DNA of 64,000 bases from Promethearchaeota archaeon (GCA_048938105.1 JBHLMN010000005.1:32001-96000), one strand, 5' to 3'; counted from the first letter of the stretch, positions 40,090-50,573 are shown. Translations and numbers: made by a program. Notes: generated by a model from the sequence alone, not told the origin.

Positions 40090-40125
40090 CAGAAGTCCCC
40101 TTCCTTCAGGTGGGGGATGAAGGGT
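40090..40125 (+). mobile_element. orphan IS200/IS605-like end (subterminal palindrome), probable remnant
   Basis: CAGAAGTCCCCTTCCTTCAGGTGGGGGATGAAG GC-rich imperfect hairpin directly after TTCAT (40085-40089); no transposase. Confidence 0.55.
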
Positions 40126-40333
40126 GAGACAAAAATGATCTCAAAGACAGAAAAGATGGGAGGGAAAGAATAATCAACTCAGAAAGGGTGAAAGGGGAAA
40201 TAATTGTGGATTAAGTTAGAAAAAGTGGTTCAGAAGACTTATCTAAAGGAATGGACGCATTATATCTCAGGTTGGTGGCATGGTAACACTCACATGGAAG
40301 TTCGTAGTCATTCCTACCTATCAACAGGAATCA

Positions 40334-41293
40334 TTATCCTCGGTTCACTAAAGTTATCCCAGTAATGATTAGTAAAATCGATGAAATATGAATAAGTGGG
40401 TCAAAAATTTCTCCTAAGAGGATAATAGAAAGACCAACCCCAAAAATTGGCACTAAGTTTTGAAAAATTGCGGCACGACTTGCGGATAATCTCTTAACTC
40501 CCTCAAGATAAAACCAATACCCTAAAATTGTAGATATATATGCTAGGTATGCCACTCCGAACCAAACTCTTTCAGGAACTTGAAAATAGAGGATTGGGTT
40601 AATATACTCAGGATTTATAATTAACGACACAGGAATGGTAGTTAAAAATCCGAAAAACGATACCCATGTAATGATATACAATGAAGAGGGCTGGAAGGAA
40701 TCATTTTCACATTCATTCAAGAAAAACCGGGAAGTAACAATGTATACTGCATAGAAAATTGCACCAAGAAAAATCAGAATATCACCCAAAATTCGATCAG
40801 GGACATCGACATTAGGAGAGAAGCCAAAAATCAATAATATTCCTGAAAAAGATAATAATGTTCCAAAAATTCTCATTTTGTTCAATTCTTCCATTTTTAA
40901 TATCAAACTTGCTAAAATCAAAACGATCATCGGATGACTGCTTACAATGACAACAGCATCACTAGCAGAGGTGAAATACTCGCCTATTAAGTAACCTGCT
41001 TGATAAATGGTGACAGAAGTTAATCCCATAAAGGCAAAGATTTTCCAATGATTCTTCATAAAACTAATGTTTAAGTTCCCCTCTCTAATCTTGAGTATGA
41101 GAAAAAAACAAGGAATCACAAGTGAATATCGGAGACTGGCTATAATCATTGGGGGAATTGTTTCTCCACCCACTTCGGGGGATACCAACCAGCGACCTAA
41201 TGGCCATGTGAAGGCCCAAATGAGAGCTGTTGCAAGTAGCAAAAGATATGCCACTATTTCATACTTTCTTTCTATAGTGATCTCCACAAACAA
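40334..41293 (-). CDS. DMT/EamA family transporter
   Basis: 10 TM in two EamA repeats; LIWAFTW, GVKRLSASRAAIF, LLGE. Confidence 0.92.
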   Translation of the reverse strand: MFVEITIERKYEIVAYLLLLATALIWAFTWPLGRWLVSPEVGGETIPPMIIASLRYSLVIPCFFLILKIREGNLNISFMKNHWKIFAFMGLTSVTIYQAGYLIGEYFTSASDAVVIVSSHPMIVLILASLILKMEELNKMRIFGTLLSFSGILLIFGFSPNVDVPDRILGDILIFLGAIFYAVYIVTSRFFLNECENDSFQPSSLYIITWVSFFGFLTTIPVSLIINPEYINPILYFQVPERVWFGVAYLAYISTILGYWFYLEGVKRLSASRAAIFQNLVPIFGVGLSIILLGEIFDPLIHISSILLIITGITLVNRG

Positions 41294-41484
41294 TCCTCAT
41301 TTTTCGATAAAATACTATTTTTTGCCTAATAGATTAATATGTCTAAGTTTTTCTACATAATTCTAACAGTTGTAATACAAGTTCAAGTAGATGGGCTGCT
41401 TATAAGTTAAGTGTAGGTAAGAAACTAGCGAAAACCAACTTATAAGGGTAATTTAACAGCCAAAAAGGTTCTTCTGAGTCGTTC

Positions 41485-44028
41485 TCAAAGTTTTTTCTTA
41501 TATCTCTTAATTGTACCGATAGTTATTACCGAGATGAGAATAAGTACAAAAGGAGAGTAGGAAGCATAAGCATCAGTAATTAGCGGGGGACTGTTATCGA
41601 TGTAAAATTCTCCCCTTTCTTCCCTATAAGATGAAATTAAACCATGAGAACATGTAACGTTTATCATTAAATAATAATAGCCATCTATTAGGTTTGTTGT
41701 ATCCCAATCATAAGAAGTAGTTGATAACTCCGAGGTGATTTCAGTCCAGTTCTGCTCATCCCAACCACCTCCAACCTGTAAATAATAGAGTGAATAAGTG
41801 ACTTTATGATCTTTAGTATCAAGGGACTCGAGCCACTGGATTGTGACAGTATGATTAATTTTGGTTTGTCCCCATTCTTCTGGATTTGTTGGATCCCAAT
41901 TAGTGGGAAAGGTGATTATTGGGCTTGTTAGATAATGAATAGAACTATAGTCGTTGCAAGGTGTTGTATGTGGATTCTCATCATAATTGTATTCCTCCTC
42001 ATAACCGTATTGCACTGTCCCAACTTTTAATTTATAGTCAACAATATTATCGTTATTCTCATCTGGGAATCGATAATTATCCCAGAAATTATGATCAAAC
42101 TGATAACTGGGACCATCACAATGTGCTTGGTAGAATTTATCTTCGTAAAATTCTCCCCATAAATAGCTATTTCCAATAAAATCATTCAGGTTAATAATAT
42201 TATTTTCTAGAACTAGGTTACCAGATTCAATCGAATAATGACCAGAAATACCATATTCTCTGTTATAATAAACAATATTATTAGAAATTATATTCCCAGC
42301 TGAATAACTAATGTCAATTCCAGTTTCATTATTGTTATATATCATATTAGATGTGATTGTTGAGTCGTTTACATTATCGATACTAATCCCAAATTCATTT
42401 GAAAAAACGGAATTAGAAGTCAGGTTACACTCATTCGATCCGCTATGAAGATAGATTCCATAATCATTACCCCAATAAGATCGGTTACCATTATTAAAAA
42501 TATTATTACTTACAATCGTGATATATGGAGAATTATCAATCTCTATTCCATTTCTATCGTTATTATAGATGTCACTGTTTGAAATAGTTGAATTTTGGAT
42601 GTTATTAAAGTAAATTCCAAGTCCGTGGTTAAAAGAACTGTTTATATTAGTAATGGTGTAGTTATAAGGTCCAGAATACCCATAAATAATTAAACCAGAG
42701 TATTTATTGCCTGTTGTCTTTATGTTATGAATTAAGGTATGATTACAATCGTCAAGATATAATCCATTTCCATAATTATCGAAGGTAACAATGTCAGATA
42801 GAACACTATTCCCAGAAGAACGAATAGAAAGCCCACTTCCGATATTTTCAAAGCAAGTTATTTTTGAGAAAGTACTATTCCTGCATTCATCAAAGTAAAT
42901 GCCATCTCCATCATTTTTAAAGCAAATAATGTTAGAGAAGGTGCTATTCCCAGAATCTGAAATATAATTTGCCTGATCTGAAGAGTATTCATATTGGTTG
43001 TTCTCAGTGCTATTAACATTTTCCATCACACAATTGGCACAGCTCCAAAGATAAAATCCGTCTTCCATATTATTATAGATGGTAAGATTTGATAATGTAC
43101 AATATTTAGATTGTCCCATTGCGATGCCATTTCGATCATTGTTAAAGATAATATTATTCATTATTAAATTATTTTCAGATATAATAGAATAGATTCCATA
43201 ATAATTATTGTAAATAACATTATCTGTAAAAGTGCAATTACTTGAGTCGTCAATATCTAATCCAGCCCTATATCCATTATTATATATACTATTATCGGAA
43301 ATAGTGCAATTTCTTGATTTCGAAATTGCCACTCCCTCCGAACTTGCATTACAAACTATATTAGAAATTATATGAATATTTTCTGTCTGTTCGAGTTTGA
43401 TTCCCATTTCCATGCGGGTTATATTTACAAGATTTGAAGAAATAATATTGTTACTTGAATTGCTTTGAAGGACAATCCCGTAAGTATTATTAAAAATAAT
43501 ATTATTGTAAATATATCCGTGACTTACATTTTCGAGATAAATTCCCCTAGTACCATATTGTAATAAGCAATTGGTAATATTGAAGTAGACATCAGTATTT
43601 CTAATATCTATTAAGATTTTAGTGGGGTCTGTAATATTTTTGTTATCAATGCTGTACGGCTTTGTTGGACTTCCATCTCCAGGAAAGGCATCAAAACCCG
43701 TATTATTGTTGATGATTATAGGGGAGGAAATTTCGTAAGATGTTGGTGCACTGATAGAAACAACTTTAGAATATGGTCGTTTTACCAAATACGATTTAAC
43801 AATTTGAACGTCTTTTTTTCCAAAAATATCTTCAGAGGAAGACTCAGGATTTTCTTCACTCTTTGCTAAATAATGATAAAATTGGTTGGGTTGAGTCGTT
43901 TGAGCGAAGTTAACAACCCACATCCCAGAGCTAAAAACAGGAATTACAAGTTGTAGAAACAAAAGCCCCCCTATTGCAAAAAGATGAATTCTAGTGGAAC
44001 ATCTTCTACTTTGAGTTAAAGAATACAT
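41485..44028 (-). CDS. surface protein with right-handed parallel beta-helix (NosD/pectin lyase-like) repeats and C-terminal anchor
   Basis: many Asn-rich 'IYNNxxGI' repeats of about 22-24 aa, GDGSPTKPY, NFWDNY, YDWDTT Ig-like domain, TM + KRYKKK. Confidence 0.88.
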   Translation of the reverse strand: MYSLTQSRRCSTRIHLFAIGGLLFLQLVIPVFSSGMWVVNFAQTTQPNQFYHYLAKSEENPESSSEDIFGKKDVQIVKSYLVKRPYSKVVSISAPTSYEISSPIIINNNTGFDAFPGDGSPTKPYSIDNKNITDPTKILIDIRNTDVYFNITNCLLQYGTRGIYLENVSHGYIYNNIIFNNTYGIVLQSNSSNNIISSNLVNITRMEMGIKLEQTENIHIISNIVCNASSEGVAISKSRNCTISDNSIYNNGYRAGLDIDDSSNCTFTDNVIYNNYYGIYSIISENNLIMNNIIFNNDRNGIAMGQSKYCTLSNLTIYNNMEDGFYLWSCANCVMENVNSTENNQYEYSSDQANYISDSGNSTFSNIICFKNDGDGIYFDECRNSTFSKITCFENIGSGLSIRSSGNSVLSDIVTFDNYGNGLYLDDCNHTLIHNIKTTGNKYSGLIIYGYSGPYNYTITNINSSFNHGLGIYFNNIQNSTISNSDIYNNDRNGIEIDNSPYITIVSNNIFNNGNRSYWGNDYGIYLHSGSNECNLTSNSVFSNEFGISIDNVNDSTITSNMIYNNNETGIDISYSAGNIISNNIVYYNREYGISGHYSIESGNLVLENNIINLNDFIGNSYLWGEFYEDKFYQAHCDGPSYQFDHNFWDNYRFPDENNDNIVDYKLKVGTVQYGYEEEYNYDENPHTTPCNDYSSIHYLTSPIITFPTNWDPTNPEEWGQTKINHTVTIQWLESLDTKDHKVTYSLYYLQVGGGWDEQNWTEITSELSTTSYDWDTTNLIDGYYYLMINVTCSHGLISSYREERGEFYIDNSPPLITDAYASYSPFVLILISVITIGTIKRYKKKL

Positions 44029-44467
44029 TAAAATCTCTTCTGTATGTCTCTTTTTCGGCTAAAAGTATTCAACCGAATACCCATCTAAACGAAGATTAAA
44101 AACTTTTTCATTATCTGACAGAGAATCTCTATTCCAATTGCTTATTTGTCATTACACTGCTCAATTAGCTTATCTATTGAAAATGATATTTCATTTAAGT
44201 AAAAATAATAATCAAACCTTATAGAAGTATTTTTATTAGATTTATTTGAACTATTTGTCAGTTTTCTCAAAATATTCATTTAATTTAATGAATTTCGATC
44301 TATAATAACCAAAAAGAATTTTATTTAAGATTTCAAGAGGAATCCCCAGAAATTCTTACTCACATTTATACGGAGAAAAAATTTAAGTAACCTCTAAACA
44401 ATGGTTTGACTGTTGAAAGAACCTGATAAAAAAGAACCGTATTTTCAATAAGAAGAAGTGAATTGCG

Positions 44468-45331
44468 ATGGTTTCTATTTATACCAAAGTGGGCTTGGCT
44501 TTATTTGCTTTAGGGTTTGTCATAATTATTATGACCTCTTTCCTCCATTTTCCAATACCTTTTATCGTTGGGAAATATGGTCAATCCATATCAATGGAAC
44601 CTATCCCAATTAATGGTAGTTATGTTGATATCCAGATTCCTGGGAGTTATTCTCATCCATTCAGTAATATGCAGCTAACTATCAGAAATACTATCTTAGG
44701 CGAACCTGGGGCAGAACTCTGGGGAGATGTTAAATTATTATATTCAGATCCTGGAAAAGGAATATTTGGTGAACTCCCCGCTTGGGGTGATACTAACTTT
44801 TATTTAAACGGTGAGGATGGAGGCAGTGAGCAACAAAGAACTATATATATGTCGCTTAACCAGAAATATGCTTCAAGGAGTTTCAGTCTATATTTACGAA
44901 TTAACTGTGAACCCACAGGGGGGGATCCCCAAAATGAATATACTGGTTCTCTTTATTTGGAAAAGTGTGAAATGGAAGTCATTTATACTCTTTTTGCAAT
45001 GGTTCTCCCTCCAATTACTGCACTTATTGGTTCCATAGTCTGTATTGGAGGTTTTATAATAAATTACAGGAAACTTACTGCCGGACCCAAACCAAGAGAA
45101 GTGCCAGCTGGATGGGAACCATCTTTGAAAATGGCGACAGCATTTGAGGCCAAGGAAAAGAAAGCCCCAAAGATGGCAATAAAGCCTACTAAATCAGAAG
45201 TAAAACCTGCGAAAAAAGTAGCTAAAAAAGCTGTTCCCAAAGGGGGTCCTCAACAGGTTTGTAAATACTGTGGTAAAAATGTTCCCGCCTCTGCTTTTTT
45301 CTGTCCACACTGTTATGGTAAATTACGTTAA
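44468..45331 (+). CDS. membrane protein with C-terminal zinc ribbon
   Basis: two TM helices flanking a beta domain, Lys/Ala/Pro-rich linker, CKYC-x10-CPHC. Confidence 0.8.
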   Translation: MVSIYTKVGLALFALGFVIIIMTSFLHFPIPFIVGKYGQSISMEPIPINGSYVDIQIPGSYSHPFSNMQLTIRNTILGEPGAELWGDVKLLYSDPGKGIFGELPAWGDTNFYLNGEDGGSEQQRTIYMSLNQKYASRSFSLYLRINCEPTGGDPQNEYTGSLYLEKCEMEVIYTLFAMVLPPITALIGSIVCIGGFIINYRKLTAGPKPREVPAGWEPSLKMATAFEAKEKKAPKMAIKPTKSEVKPAKKVAKKAVPKGGPQQVCKYCGKNVPASAFFCPHCYGKLR

Positions 45332-45411
45332 CAGTCTTAAATTCAAAGGAATCGAAGTTTTTATAGACTTATTATAAGGTTATTATAGACATTTATCATC
45401 CTGGTGATTTA

Positions 45412-46233
45412 TTGGGGTGCACAACAGGCGCGAAATTCTTTAATGACGGTCAGACTTTGGTTGTGTTTAAAAATAAGGACTTTAAAGTTAAAAGTCATAT
45501 CGATGAGCTTTCCTTTGACCATTCCCAAGCATTTGGCGTACGGGGCGTGAATCTTCGTAATAAAACTGCAGCTGGATTTTCGATTGGAGTCAATCAACAT
45601 GGTCTTGTGGCTGTGAATTCAAACATATTAGCTACTTCAGATTCCCCTTATGATTTGATAACTGAACGTATTGTTTTGGAAGCCAAGACTGTTGATGAAG
45701 CAATTGAAATCTGTGAACAGGAAGTTAAACGTAGGATAGATTATCAATGGTGTAATATGGTTGTAGCAACTCCAGAACAGCTAGTTGCTATTGAACTTAC
45801 ATCATCAGAGTTAGCTACTACGCAATCACATGATTATTTGGTTCGGACGAATCATCACTTAATTCTGAAGACCAATGAAGCTATAATAGAAGCTGATCCA
45901 GATAAAGAAAAACAAAATATCGAACATAGTGAAATTCGTTTCATTAATACAGATAGAATTCTCAAATTTGCTTCTAATGTCGAAGACATCTTTTCTCTTT
46001 TGAAATCTCACAAGGAAGCTGCTATATGTCGTCATGGACAATCCTCCAGTCAAGATCTATCATATACAACCGTTTACAGCTATCTGATTGTTATCAATAT
46101 CGAGAAAAGTCCTAAAATAGTGTTTAATGTCGCAAAAGGACCTCCTTGTCAACATACCTTTATTAGATTTAATCTGGAATTTCCATTAACAAATGAGAAA
46201 ACCGAACGAATCAAGCAAGATTACCCTTTCTAA
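45412..46233 (+). CDS. Ntn-hydrolase (peptidase C45 / AAT-like)
   Basis: N-terminal CTT nucleophile, FKNKD, GVNQHGL, RTNH, ICRHG. Confidence 0.8.
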   Translation: MGCTTGAKFFNDGQTLVVFKNKDFKVKSHIDELSFDHSQAFGVRGVNLRNKTAAGFSIGVNQHGLVAVNSNILATSDSPYDLITERIVLEAKTVDEAIEICEQEVKRRIDYQWCNMVVATPEQLVAIELTSSELATTQSHDYLVRTNHHLILKTNEAIIEADPDKEKQNIEHSEIRFINTDRILKFASNVEDIFSLLKSHKEAAICRHGQSSSQDLSYTTVYSYLIVINIEKSPKIVFNVAKGPPCQHTFIRFNLEFPLTNEKTERIKQDYPF

Positions 46234-46263
46234 GAATAATATTATCAATTTCTTTAGGATCTG

Positions 46264-47691
46264 TTAATCATAGGCTGGGGGCCATTTATCATAATGAAAA
46301 ATCCGTCCCCGTCCTTTATCAACTCTTTCAAAACCATGTGCTCCAAAATAATCCCTCTGAGCCTGAATTAAATTAGCGGGTAATGAAGGATTTCTATAAC
46401 TATCATAATAAGACAGAGCTGACGATAAGGCCGGTACAGCTATTCCATTCCGCACAGCAAGTGAAACAATATATCTCCAATCTTTTTGATTATTTTTAAT
46501 GATATTAGTAAAATAAGGCTCTAAGAGAAGATTATCAAGATCTTCATTTCGTTGAAAAGCACTTTCGATTTGTTTTAAGAAGTGAGTACGTATAATACAA
46601 CCTTTACGCCATATATGAGCGATGTTTCTAAGGTTTAGTTGCCATTTGTATTCTTCTGAGGCTGCTTGAAGTAGTGAAAAACCTTGTGCATAAGAGCAAA
46701 TCTTGGCAGCAAACAGGGCTTTACGTGCTGCTTCCATTAATAAGCTATTCTCTCTTGAAAATTGAGGAATCGGACCTTCCAATAGTTTGGAAGCTTTAAC
46801 TCTCACATCTTTTTTGGATGAAATATTCCTTGCATATACAGCTTCTGTAATACTTGGTATAGGTATCCCAATCTCTAATGCTTCTTGACTAGCCCACTTT
46901 CCAGTCCCTTTTTGTTTTGCTGTATCTAATATGACATCAATCAATGGTTTTCCTGTTTCAGGATCCTTCTCTGCAAGGATTTTACTAGTAATTTGGATTA
47001 AGTAAGAATTGAGATCCCCCTTATTCCATTCAGCAAATATTTTTGCTAATTCAGATGGTTTTATATCAAGAAGTTTCTTTAGGATAAAATATACCTCTGA
47101 AATTAATTGCATATCAGAGTATTCAATACCATTATGAACCATTTTAACATAGTGACCTGCTCCATCAGAACCAATGTAACAACAACATGGGTCTCCATTA
47201 ATTTTTGCTGAAATTTTCTGAAATAGTTTCTCTACTTGTTGCCAGGCCCTTTTTGATCCTCCAGGCATTATTGAAGGTCCTTTTAAAGCTCCCTCCTCAC
47301 CTCCAGAAATACCCACTCCTAGATAATGAATTCCTTCATTTATAAGTTTTTCAGATCTCCGTATTGTATCCTTAAAAAAGGAATTACCCCCATCAATGAT
47401 TACATCTCCAGATTTTAAAAATGGGAGGAGCCTTGAAATTAATTCATCGACTGGCTTACCTTCTTTTATCATTAATAAGATGATTCGAGGTTGTTTTAAG
47501 GTGTTACAAAGGTTTTTTAAGTTATAACATCCAATTATATTCTTCTGAAGCCCTTTTTTGTTAATAAATTCGTCAATTCTCTTTGTAGTCCTATTGTATA
47601 TCGCAATAGTATACCCATTTCTTTCCATGTTCAAAACTAAATTTTGACCCATTACAGCGAGTCCAATAACACCGATATCCGCTTTTACCAT
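46264..47691 (-). CDS. gnd: 6-phosphogluconate dehydrogenase, decarboxylating (long form)
   Basis: GLAVMG, YNRT, ISGGEEGA, VKMVHNGIEY, KGTGKW, QAQRDYFGAH. Confidence 0.97.
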   Translation of the reverse strand: MVKADIGVIGLAVMGQNLVLNMERNGYTIAIYNRTTKRIDEFINKKGLQKNIIGCYNLKNLCNTLKQPRIILLMIKEGKPVDELISRLLPFLKSGDVIIDGGNSFFKDTIRRSEKLINEGIHYLGVGISGGEEGALKGPSIMPGGSKRAWQQVEKLFQKISAKINGDPCCCYIGSDGAGHYVKMVHNGIEYSDMQLISEVYFILKKLLDIKPSELAKIFAEWNKGDLNSYLIQITSKILAEKDPETGKPLIDVILDTAKQKGTGKWASQEALEIGIPIPSITEAVYARNISSKKDVRVKASKLLEGPIPQFSRENSLLMEAARKALFAAKICSYAQGFSLLQAASEEYKWQLNLRNIAHIWRKGCIIRTHFLKQIESAFQRNEDLDNLLLEPYFTNIIKNNQKDWRYIVSLAVRNGIAVPALSSALSYYDSYRNPSLPANLIQAQRDYFGAHGFERVDKGRGRIFHYDKWPPAYD

Positions 47692-47697
47692 AGTATT

Positions 47698-48981
47698 TCA
47701 CATTTGCATGAATTTTTCTTCAACAGTCCATAATCCCATTGCTGGATTCCGGATGAAAAATATTTCTTCCTTGTCAGGAAGTCGGTTAAATCCTTCAATC
47801 AATTTAGTTGGGTTATAAACATTTAAAGCTTCAAAAAGATCGGAGTATTGATAGTTTATACCTTCAATTTCGTTCTTTTTGATGTGTCCAGGGCAATAAG
47901 TAATGTTAAATCTATTCTCTGAAGATCCATGTATTAAATGAGCAGCTGCTGAAAGATTTTGTTGTAAATCTTCATTTTTCTTTACTGCAGCTATAATTTC
48001 TGTGCTTGTACGGTATCCATAGCGTCTAATTATTTGATCTATTGTGTCATCTTCACCGAATTGTTTCAACCCAGGAGCGAGGATGATAAGATCACCATTA
48101 TCTTCTAACGCCATTCTTGTTCGATAAATTGCCTTATTGCCTAACCAAGTACTTTTAAATTCCTTCGGGTCAAGATAAACTACAATTTTACTTATTGGGT
48201 CTTTTAAAAAGGTTAAATTAATCTTTTGACTTAATTTTGCTGCCTTTTCGAAAGAACGATTGTCATTACTTGTATATAATCCCTTTAAATTCACATTCCC
48301 AGAGTTATTTGCACTTACAACAGTCAGAATATACAATAATGGAATTTCCTTCAGAAAAATTGATTCTGCATATGTAAAAAGGTGTCTGACTGGATTATCT
48401 GTCTTCCCTATCAATCGTTCCATACCATAACAGGCGCTTAAAAAATGACTTTTATTGATCATGTCTCTTCCCCCAACTCCTACTAGAACATTTTTATTTC
48501 CATTTGCCATTCCTGCTACTTCGTGAGGTACAACCTGACCAATTGAGATAATTAAATCGTAATTCTCTTTTACAAATTCTTTATTAATTTCAACATTAAT
48601 TGAATAATTTAGTTTATCTTCCGATAGCTCTTTAATAAATTCAGAGGGTATTGTACCAACTTTCACCACTTCATTACGCCAATCATGGACAATAAAATGC
48701 TTTTTAGGAATTTTGCCAAACATTACTGAAATTTCTTCATCACTTAACGGTGAATGAGTACCCAAAGCTGGTAAGATTTTCTTTTGGCAGTCCTCATTAA
48801 TCAGCTCGAAAAGAATTTGGGTTATTTCTCCTCCATTTGAATGAAAGCGTGTGAAATCAGGTGGGATAAAAAGAACTTTCTTTAAAGAGTCATCAAATTC
48901 ATTTACTATTTCTTCTAAGAAGTCTCTCTTCTGATTGTACGTAATTTGATTATCTACTTGTTCTAAGCTCTTAAAAATGAT
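47698..48981 (-). CDS. lactate racemase (LarA) family 2-hydroxyacid epimerase; the frame extends upstream of the listed 48765 start
   Basis: in-frame upstream PPDFTRFHS and PALGTH; VHDW, VPHEVAG, KAIYRT; no ATG/GTG/TTG in the extension, ATC at 48981 follows GAGG. Confidence 0.8.
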   Translation of the reverse strand: MIFKSLEQVDNQITYNQKRDFLEEIVNEFDDSLKKVLFIPPDFTRFHSNGGEITQILFELINEDCQKKILPALGTHSPLSDEEISVMFGKIPKKHFIVHDWRNEVVKVGTIPSEFIKELSEDKLNYSINVEINKEFVKENYDLIISIGQVVPHEVAGMANGNKNVLVGVGGRDMINKSHFLSACYGMERLIGKTDNPVRHLFTYAESIFLKEIPLLYILTVVSANNSGNVNLKGLYTSNDNRSFEKAAKLSQKINLTFLKDPISKIVVYLDPKEFKSTWLGNKAIYRTRMALEDNGDLIILAPGLKQFGEDDTIDQIIRRYGYRTSTEIIAAVKKNEDLQQNLSAAAHLIHGSSENRFNITYCPGHIKKNEIEGINYQYSDLFEALNVYNPTKLIEGFNRLPDKEEIFFIRNPAMGLWTVEEKFMQM

Positions 48982-49010
48982 CTTCGCCTCAATAAATTAG
49001 CTGAATTACC

Positions 49011-50573
49011 CTATCGGTTAATTTCTTCTTCGGAATGGATAATCTGATAACTATTTGGTGCGTTATAAACTTTCATGTATCTACCATAGAGAAAAGAGAG
49101 ACAAGTCTGTATATCACTGTCTTCTGGTAAAATTAAGTCTTGTAAAGATACTTTCGGTATCCGTTCTATTTCATTAATGTAGGTTAAAGCTCTCATACCC
49201 GTTGCCCATGCTATCGATTGTTCAGTTTCCATAACAACGATTTTTTTATTTACTGATAAGGCCAGGAATTGAAGGAATAATCGTGATTTCTGAGCAATTA
49301 GACCTGTAAGTCGAATCTCTCGATAATCATCTGGAGGATCGAGAACTTCTAGATTGTGTTTATACATATTCACAATACCAATTAAAAGTGAAAGATAAAG
49401 ATCAACACAGGAGAAATAAGTTTTCTGGAATATGAAGCCTCCTTTTATCTTTCCTCTTCCATTAGGTCCTCTTGGCTCCCCCTCAATATATGGAAAGTAC
49501 AATGGAAGTTTCAAGATATATGATTTAGAACCTTCATCCTTAAGTTTGTTTTTTGCTTCACTTTCTAATTTCTCAATATTCAATTGGTTCTCTTCAGTTA
49601 AATAATTTTTAAACGTTTTATTGAAATTATTAGCAAGCCAAGTGAAAGAAGTGCCCACATTGTTAAACGGAATTAATTCAACCCACGTCCCTTCATCAAT
49701 TTGACAACATTGAATAAGTCGACTGTTATATTCCTTTTTGGGTGTTTTTCTCAGTCTTCGTAGTGCGCCTGTTGAACTGGCTGAACCAACAATAATGTCT
49801 TCACTTTCCACTCCAGTGGCCCAAAAAGCATCGATGCCATCTATTGCTCCTGTAATCACACGAGTATCTCTAAGCGTAGGTGAGACTTCTTTAAGCAGAT
49901 TCTTGATAGGAAATGTTGTACCTAAAGGAATAATTTTTGGTAAAGTTGAGGGATTCAGTCCTATTATTCGTAGAAGATTCATATCCCAATCACTATTTAT
50001 TAATGAATATAAACCAGTGTAAGAAGCATTAGGAACGGTAGAAAATATCTTTTCTAATGGAAGATCAGTCATTTTCCAAGTAATGTAATCATTAATAGTC
50101 GTAATCTTAAAACAAGATTTTAATAGGCTTTCCTCCTTAATTTTTAGCAATTGAACATAAGGTAACGTCCCACTGAATAAACTTCCGGTTCGTTTTTGAA
50201 AATCTCTAGGCAAATACTTTACATAATCCTGTGCGCCTTGATACGCATAAGTAAAGGCTTTTGTTAATGGTTGAGCATCTTTGGATAGCAATACAAGTGA
50301 AGGGCCAATAGATGAAATTGAAAGTGTTAAGATTCGTATTTTGAGTACATCACGTAATAAAAGAATAAGCTGGTTTTCTATTGTTTCTTCAAGATTGGTA
50401 ACATCTATTCTCATTTCTTCATCCCAAATGCGACAGCCCTGCTCTTTAAGGGTGGTATAGGTAATTATTCGTTCATTTAACTTGCTTCCCATAGTATTAA
50501 GAAGTAATACTCGTATTCCAGAACTACCAAGATCAATACCTATGGTATAACCAGAGGTTTCTGAAGATGTCAT
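49011..50573 (-). CDS. FGGY-family carbohydrate kinase (gluconokinase/xylulokinase-like)
   Basis: IGIDLGSSG, NASYTGLY, GAIDG, PYIEGEPRGP; ATG 50573 preferred because the listed 50678 start overlaps the divergent gene. Confidence 0.85.
   Translation of the reverse strand: MTSSETSGYTIGIDLGSSGIRVLLLNTMGSKLNERIITYTTLKEQGCRIWDEEMRIDVTNLEETIENQLILLLRDVLKIRILTLSISSIGPSLVLLSKDAQPLTKAFTYAYQGAQDYVKYLPRDFQKRTGSLFSGTLPYVQLLKIKEESLLKSCFKITTINDYITWKMTDLPLEKIFSTVPNASYTGLYSLINSDWDMNLLRIIGLNPSTLPKIIPLGTTFPIKNLLKEVSPTLRDTRVITGAIDGIDAFWATGVESEDIIVGSASSTGALRRLRKTPKKEYNSRLIQCCQIDEGTWVELIPFNNVGTSFTWLANNFNKTFKNYLTEENQLNIEKLESEAKNKLKDEGSKSYILKLPLYFPYIEGEPRGPNGRGKIKGGFIFQKTYFSCVDLYLSLLIGIVNMYKHNLEVLDPPDDYREIRLTGLIAQKSRLFLQFLALSVNKKIVVMETEQSIAWATGMRALTYINEIERIPKVSLQDLILPEDSDIQTCLSFLYGRYMKVYNAPNSYQIIHSEEEINR

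Noticed and set aside
42200-43600. Periodic Asn-rich sequence as a DNA repeat array
   Set aside because: Degenerate protein-level beta-helix repeats, not nucleotide repeats with spacers
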